From an uncultured Microthrixaceae bacterium (GTDB lineage Bacteria; Actinomycetota; Acidimicrobiia; Acidimicrobiales; VFJN01): 64,000 nt of DNA. Positions within the stretch are counted from its first letter, which is position 1; each line of letters opens with the position of its first letter. This document shows, piece after piece, positions 58,788-64,000 of the stretch. The notes beneath the pieces were generated by a model. The model was not told the origin of the DNA, searched no databases, and saw only the letters and a list, made by a program, of their open reading frames with translations. The stretch covers positions 1,014-65,013 of the forward strand of contig CAVRKU010000011.1 in NCBI GenBank assembly GCA_963721695.1, given 5' to 3'. The translations under genes and the position numbers were made by a program.

Positions 58788-61700
58788 ATGCTGCCCACCA
58801 AGCAAGGCCTCTACGACCCGCGCTTCGAGCACGATGCCTGCGGCGTCTCCTTCGTCGCCGACATGCACGGGCGACGCTCGCATCGGATGGTCGAGCTCGG
58901 GCTGGCCTCCCTCTGCAACCTGGACCACCGCGGGGCCACCAACGCCGAGCCCAACGTCGGCGACGGCGCCGGCATCCTCATCCAGGTGCCGGACCGCTTC
59001 CTCCGGGCCGTCGTCGACTTCGACCTCCCGCCCGCCGGCGCGTACGCGACCGGGGTCGCCTTCCTGCCGCAGGACCCCGAGCAGGAGTCGGCGGCGATGG
59101 CCGGCATCGAGAAGATCGCCGCCAGCGAGGGGCTGCAGGTGCTGGGCTGGCGCGAGGTCCCCGTCGACAGCTCGATGATCGGTCGCCAGGCCGCCGACGC
59201 CCAGCCGTCGTTCCGACAGGTGTTCCTCAGCGCCGCGGATGGGCACGCACCGCTCGCCGACATCGACCTCGACCGCGCCTGCTTCGTCGTCCGCAAGCGC
59301 ATCGAGCACGAGCTGGCCACGCCCGGCGCGGAGACCGTCTACTTCCCGAGCCTCTCGGCGCGCACGCTCGTGTACAAGGGGATGCTCATCTCGTACCAGG
59401 TGGGCAGCTTCTTCACCGACCTGACCGATGATCGGGTCGAGACCGCGCTGGCCCTCGTGCACAGCCGCTTCTCGACGAACACGTTCCCGTCGTGGCCGCT
59501 GGCCCACCCGTACCGGTTCGTCGCCCACAACGGTGAGATCAACACGGTCATGGGGAACGAGAACTGGATGCGGGCCCGCGAGGCGCTGCTCCAGACCGAC
59601 CTCATCGACGGCTTGGAGCGCGCCTATCCGATCTGCACGCCCGACAGCTCGGACACGGCGCGCTTCGACGAGGTGCTCGAGCTGCTGCACCTCGGCGGCT
59701 ACTCGCTCCCCCACGCCGTGCTGATGATGATCCCCGAGGCATGGGAGCACCACGAGTCGATGCCCGACTGGAAGCGCGACTTCTACCGCTTCCACGCCTC
59801 GATCATGGAGCCCTGGGACGGTCCCGCCTCGATCGCGTTCACCGACGGCACGGTCATCGGCGCCGTCCTCGACCGCAACGGCCTGCGACCGAGCCGCTAC
59901 TGGGTCACCGAGGACGGACTCGTGGTGATGGCGTCGGAGGTGGGCGTGCTCCCCATCGACCCGGCCACCATCGTGCAGAAGGGTCGCCTGCAACCGGGGC
60001 GCATGTTCCTGATCGACACGAACCTCGGTCGCATCGTCGGGGACGACGAGATCAAGGAGGCGCTGGCGGCGCAGCAGCCCTACGGCGAGTGGCTCCACGC
60101 CGGGCTCGTCCACCTCGACGACCTGCCCGCCCGCGACTTCCTCACCCCGCAGCACGCGTCGGTGGTCAGGCACCAGCGGGTGTTCGGGTACACCACCGAG
60201 GAGCTGAAGATCCTCGTGGCACCGATGGCACGGACGGGGGCGGAGCCGATCGGATCCATGGGCACGGACACGCCCGTGGCGGTCCTGTCGGACCGGTCGC
60301 GCTTGCTGTTCGACTACTTCCAGCAGCTCTTCGCGCAGGTCACCAACCCGCCCCTCGACGCCATCCGCGAGGAGCTCGTCACGTCGATGGGCGGCACCAT
60401 CGGGCCCGAGGGCAACCTGCTGCGCCCGGGGCCCACGTCGTGCCGCCAGGTGGTGCTGCCCCACCCGGTCATCACCAACGAGGAGCTGGCCAAGCTCCTG
60501 TACATCAACGACGACAGCGACATGCCCGGCTTCAAGCCGTTCGCGATCGACGGCCTCTACCCGGTCGCCGAGGGCGGCGACGGGCTGCGCCGGGCCCTCG
60601 ACGATGTCCGAGCCAAGGTGACGACGGCCATCGCGGACGGGGCCAAGATCATCGTGCTCTCGGATCGCTACTCGTCCGACGAGCTCGCCCCGATCCCCTC
60701 GCTCCTGCTCACCGCTGCTGTCCACCACCACCTGATCCGTGAGAAGACCCGCACGCAGGTGGGGCTGGTCGTCGAGTGCGGCGACGCACGCGAGGTGCAC
60801 CACATGGCGCTGCTGCTCGGGTACGGCGCCGGCGCCATCAACCCGTACCTGGCGTTCGAGACGATCGAGGACCTGATCGACCAGGGCGTGATCACCGGGC
60901 TGACCAAGCGCGAAGCGGTGAAGAACTTCGTCAAGGCGAGCACCAAGGGCGTGCTCAAGATCATGTCGAAGATGGGGATCTCGACGGTCGCCTCCTACAC
61001 GGGCGCCCAGGTGTTCGAGGCGATCGGCCTGTCGGCCGAGCTGGTCGACGAGTACTTCACCGGCACCACCAGCCGCATCAGCGGCGTCGGGCTCGACGTG
61101 CTGGCCGAGGAGGTCGCCGCGCGCCACCGGTTCGCCTACCTCAGCCGCCCCGAAGAGGCCGCGCACCGCGACCTCTGGGCCGGCGGGGAGTACCAGTGGC
61201 GGCGGGAGGGCGAGCACCACCTGTTCAACCCGGAGACGGTCTTCAAGCTCCAGCACGCCACCCGCACCAAGCGCTACGACATCTTCAAGGAGTACACCAG
61301 CCGCGTCGACGACCAGTCCCGGCAGCTGGCCACCTTGCGCGGCCTCTTCGAGCTGAGGAACGGCGAGCGCGGGCCGGTCCCGATCGAGGAGGTCGAGCCG
61401 GTCAGCGAGATCGTCAAGCGGTTCTCGACGGGGGCCATGAGCTACGGCTCCATCTCGATGGAGGCGCACCAGACGCTCGCCATCGCCATGAACCGGATCG
61501 GGGGGAAGTCGAACACAGGCGAGGGCGGCGAGGATCCCGAGCGGCTCCACGACCCCGAGCGACGCAGCGCGATCAAGCAGGTCGCATCCGGTCGCTTCGG
61601 CGTGACCTCCGAGTACCTGACCAACGCCGATGACCTGCAGATCAAGATGGCGCAGGGCGCCAAGCCCGGGGAGGGCGGCCAGCTGCCCGGCGGCAAGATC

Positions 61701-63333
61701 TACCCCTGGATCGCCAAGACGCGGTACTCGACCCCCGGCGTGGGCCTGATCTCACCGCCGCCGCACCACGACATCTACTCCATCGAGGACCTCAAGCAGC
61801 TCATCCACGACCTCAAGAACGCCAACCCCGCGGCCCGGGTGCACGTGAAGCTCGTGGCCGAGGTCGGCGTGGGCACGGTCGCGGCGGGCGTGTCGAAGGC
61901 GAAGGCCGACGTGGTGCTGATCTCCGGGCACGACGGCGGAACGGGCGCGAGCCCGCTGAACTCGCTGAAGCACGCCGGGGCGCCGTGGGAGCTCGGCCTC
62001 GCCGAGACCCAGCAGACGCTCCTCCTCAACGGGCTCCGCGATCGCATCGTCGTGCAGACCGATGGCCAGATGAAGACCGGTCGGGACGTGGTCATCGCGG
62101 CGCTCCTGGGGGCGGAGGAGTACGGCTTCGCCACCGCGCCGCTCGTCGTGTCCGGCTGCATCATGATGCGCGTCTGCCACCTCGACACCTGCCCCGTGGG
62201 GGTGGCCACGCAGAACCCAGCCCTGCGAGCGCGCTTCAACGGCCAGCCGGAGTTCGTGGAGACCTTCTTCGAGTACATCGCCGAGGAGGTGCGGGAGAAC
62301 CTCGCCGCCCTCGGCTTCCGGTCCCTGGCGGAGGCAGTGGGGCAGGTCCAGTGCCTCGACACGCGCCCCGCCGTCGACCACTGGAAGGCGAGCGGCCTCG
62401 ATCTGTCCTCCATCCTCCACCAGCCCGTCTCGCCGTTCGAGCAGGACCTGTTGTGCACGGGCACCCAGGACCACGGGCTCGACCAGGCCCTCGACGTCGA
62501 GCTGATCCGCCAGGCCGCGCCGGCACTGGACGTCGGGCCAACCGGTGCAGATCGACGTCGACATCAAGAACACCAACCGCACCGTCGGCACGATGCTCGG
62601 CCACGAGGTCACCAAGCGCTACCGCGGCGAGGGCCTGCCCGACGACACCATCCGCATCAACCTGACCGGCTCGGCGGGGCAGAGCTTCGGCGCCTTCGTG
62701 CCGAGTGGGATCACCCTGCGCCTCGAAGGCGACGCCAACGACTACGTCGGCAAGGGGCTCTCGGGGGGACGGATCATCGTGCGACCACCGGAGCACTCGC
62801 ACCCGTCGTTCGTGGCCGAGGACAACATCATCGCGGGCAACGTGATGCTCTACGGCGCCACGGGCGGCGAGGCGTACGTGCGGGGCATCGTCGGCGAGCG
62901 CTTCTGCGTGCGGAACTCGGGGGCCACCGCGGTGGTCGAGGGCGTGGGCGACCACGGCTGCGAGTACATGACCGGCGGCCGGGCCGTCGTGCTCGGCCCC
63001 ACCGGACGGAACTTCGGTGCGGGGATGTCCGGCGGCATCGCCTTCGTCCACGATCCGGACGACACGTTCTTCCGTCGACTGAACGCGGAGCTGGTCGACC
63101 TCGAGCCCCTCGACCCCGATGACGGCGAGTGGCTGCGACAGGTGCTCCGCACCCACGAGCAGGTCACGGGCTCACCGGTGGCGGGCCGGCTGCTCCAGCG
63201 GTGGCACGGCGAGGTCCGCCGCTTCAAGAAGGTCATGCCACGCGACTACAAGCGCGTGCTGGAGGCGGCGAGGATCGCCGAGGAGTCAGGACTCGACGTG
63301 GACGAAGCGATCATGGCGGCCGCTCATGGGTGA
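58788..63333 (+). CDS. gltB: Glutamate synthase large subunit; one frame change as sequenced
   Basis: ORF 58788..63122 begins [26 protein letters not shown] (Ntn amidotransferase Cys) and runs through the FMN and central domains. The GXGXG C-terminal domain ([14 protein letters not shown]...[18 protein letters not shown]) is in ORF 62545..63333. The junction LDVG|[14 protein letters not shown] is restored by removing the extra C in GGG[C]CAACC near 62538. Confidence 0.95.
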
Positions 63334-64000
63334 CGTGAAGGGGTTCCTCAAGCACGGGCGGGAGGTGCCGACCCGGCGGCCGGTGCCGGTGCGGCTGCTC
63401 GACTGGCAGGAGGTGTACGAGCCGTTCCCCGACGACCACCTGCAGACGCAGGCGTCACGGTGCATGGACTGCGGCATCCCGTTCTGCAACAACGGCTGCC
63501 CCCTCGGCAACCTCATCCCCGACTGGAACGACCTCGTCCACAAGGACCGTTGGCGCGACGCGATCGACCGGTTGCACGCCACCAACAACTTCCCCGAGTT
63601 CACCGGTCGGCTCTGCCCGGCTCCCTGCGAGGGGGCGTGCGTGCTCGGCATCAACCAGGACCCGGTGACCATCAAGCAGGTCGAGGTGTCCATCATCGAC
63701 CGAGCCTGGGACGAGGGCTGGGTCGTGCCCGTGCCCCCGTCGGTGCGCACCGGCAAGTCGGTCGCGGTCGTCGGATCGGGGCCGGCGGGCCTCGCCGCCG
63801 CACAGCAGCTCACGCGCGCGGGGCATCGGGTGGTCGTCCTCGAGCGCGCCGACCGCATCGGGGGCCTGCTCCGCTACGGCATCCCCGAGTTCAAGATGGA
63901 GAAGCGCCACCTCGATCGCCGACTGGCGCAGATGGAGGCGGAGGGGACCGAGCTCCGGCCGGGCGTGAACGTGGGCGTCGACATCACCGCCGACGAGCTG
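63326..64000 (+). CDS. gltD: Glutamate synthase small subunit, 5' part; runs off the window end
   Basis: Not in the ORF track (no stop in the window). ATG 63326 overlaps the gltB stop: [34 protein letters not shown]...[27 protein letters not shown]...[15 protein letters not shown]...[22 protein letters not shown]. Confidence 0.9.
   Translation, partial: MGDVKGFLKHGREVPTRRPVPVRLLDWQEVYEPFPDDHLQTQASRCMDCGIPFCNNGCPLGNLIPDWNDLVHKDRWRDAIDRLHATNNFPEFTGRLCPAPCEGACVLGINQDPVTIKQVEVSIIDRAWDEGWVVPVPPSVRTGKSVAVVGSGPAGLAAAQQLTRAGHRVVVLERADRIGGLLRYGIPEFKMEKRHLDRRLAQMEAEGTELRPGVNVGVDITADEL

Noticed and set aside
58563-61550. 995-aa minus-strand ORF
   Set aside because: It is antisense to gltB, whose plus-strand translation is unmistakable glutamate synthase.

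Overview
Very GC-rich chromosomal segment (third codon positions almost always G/C) with the gene order of an Actinomycetota core region. I cannot place it more precisely from sequence alone. The minus strand carries most of the conserved housekeeping block: disA-radA, clpC, lysS-coaX, nadC/nadB, panC, folK-folB-folP-folE, ftsH-hpt-tilS, sigH-rsrA, tRNA-Thr, holB, an MFS-tmk fusion and topA. The plus strand carries gltB-gltD, a NarL-type two-component pair followed by an 810-aa membrane protein, a MacB-like ABC exporter, ung, and several metabolic genes. There is one tRNA. I found no rRNA, CRISPR array, integrase, transposase or prophage.

Two things dominate the reading. (1) The sequence carries many single-base indels. 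Most are an extra G or C beside a G/C run. They split or fuse real genes, and because stops are rare at this GC content the ORF track shows artificial fusions (HD-GYP+ung, clpC+next gene, ABC ATPase+permease) and long junk ORFs. I traced genes by recognisable peptide plus GC3, so coordinates across frame changes are approximate. (2) The least conventional locus is a minus-strand, apparently translationally coupled five-gene operon at 11.2-18.4 kb. It runs ArsA-like ATPase, small ORF, ~500-aa unknown, MpaB-like oxygenase, then a cyclase-NB-ARC-TPR STAND protein. Its middle is a strong frameshift hot spot.

Other points:
- Two families of palindromic repeats each bracket a single gene (an AbiEi/DUF559 endonuclease-like gene and an alcohol dehydrogenase).
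- A catalytically dead phosphatase-like gene sits inside the fol operon.
- A scramblase-like gene sits between nadB and nadC.
- A degenerate GGDEF-RHH fusion lies behind an AT-rich island next to topA.
- A 44-aa membrane ORF is missing from the track.

I cannot show that any of this is a new biological system. The operon is the best candidate.
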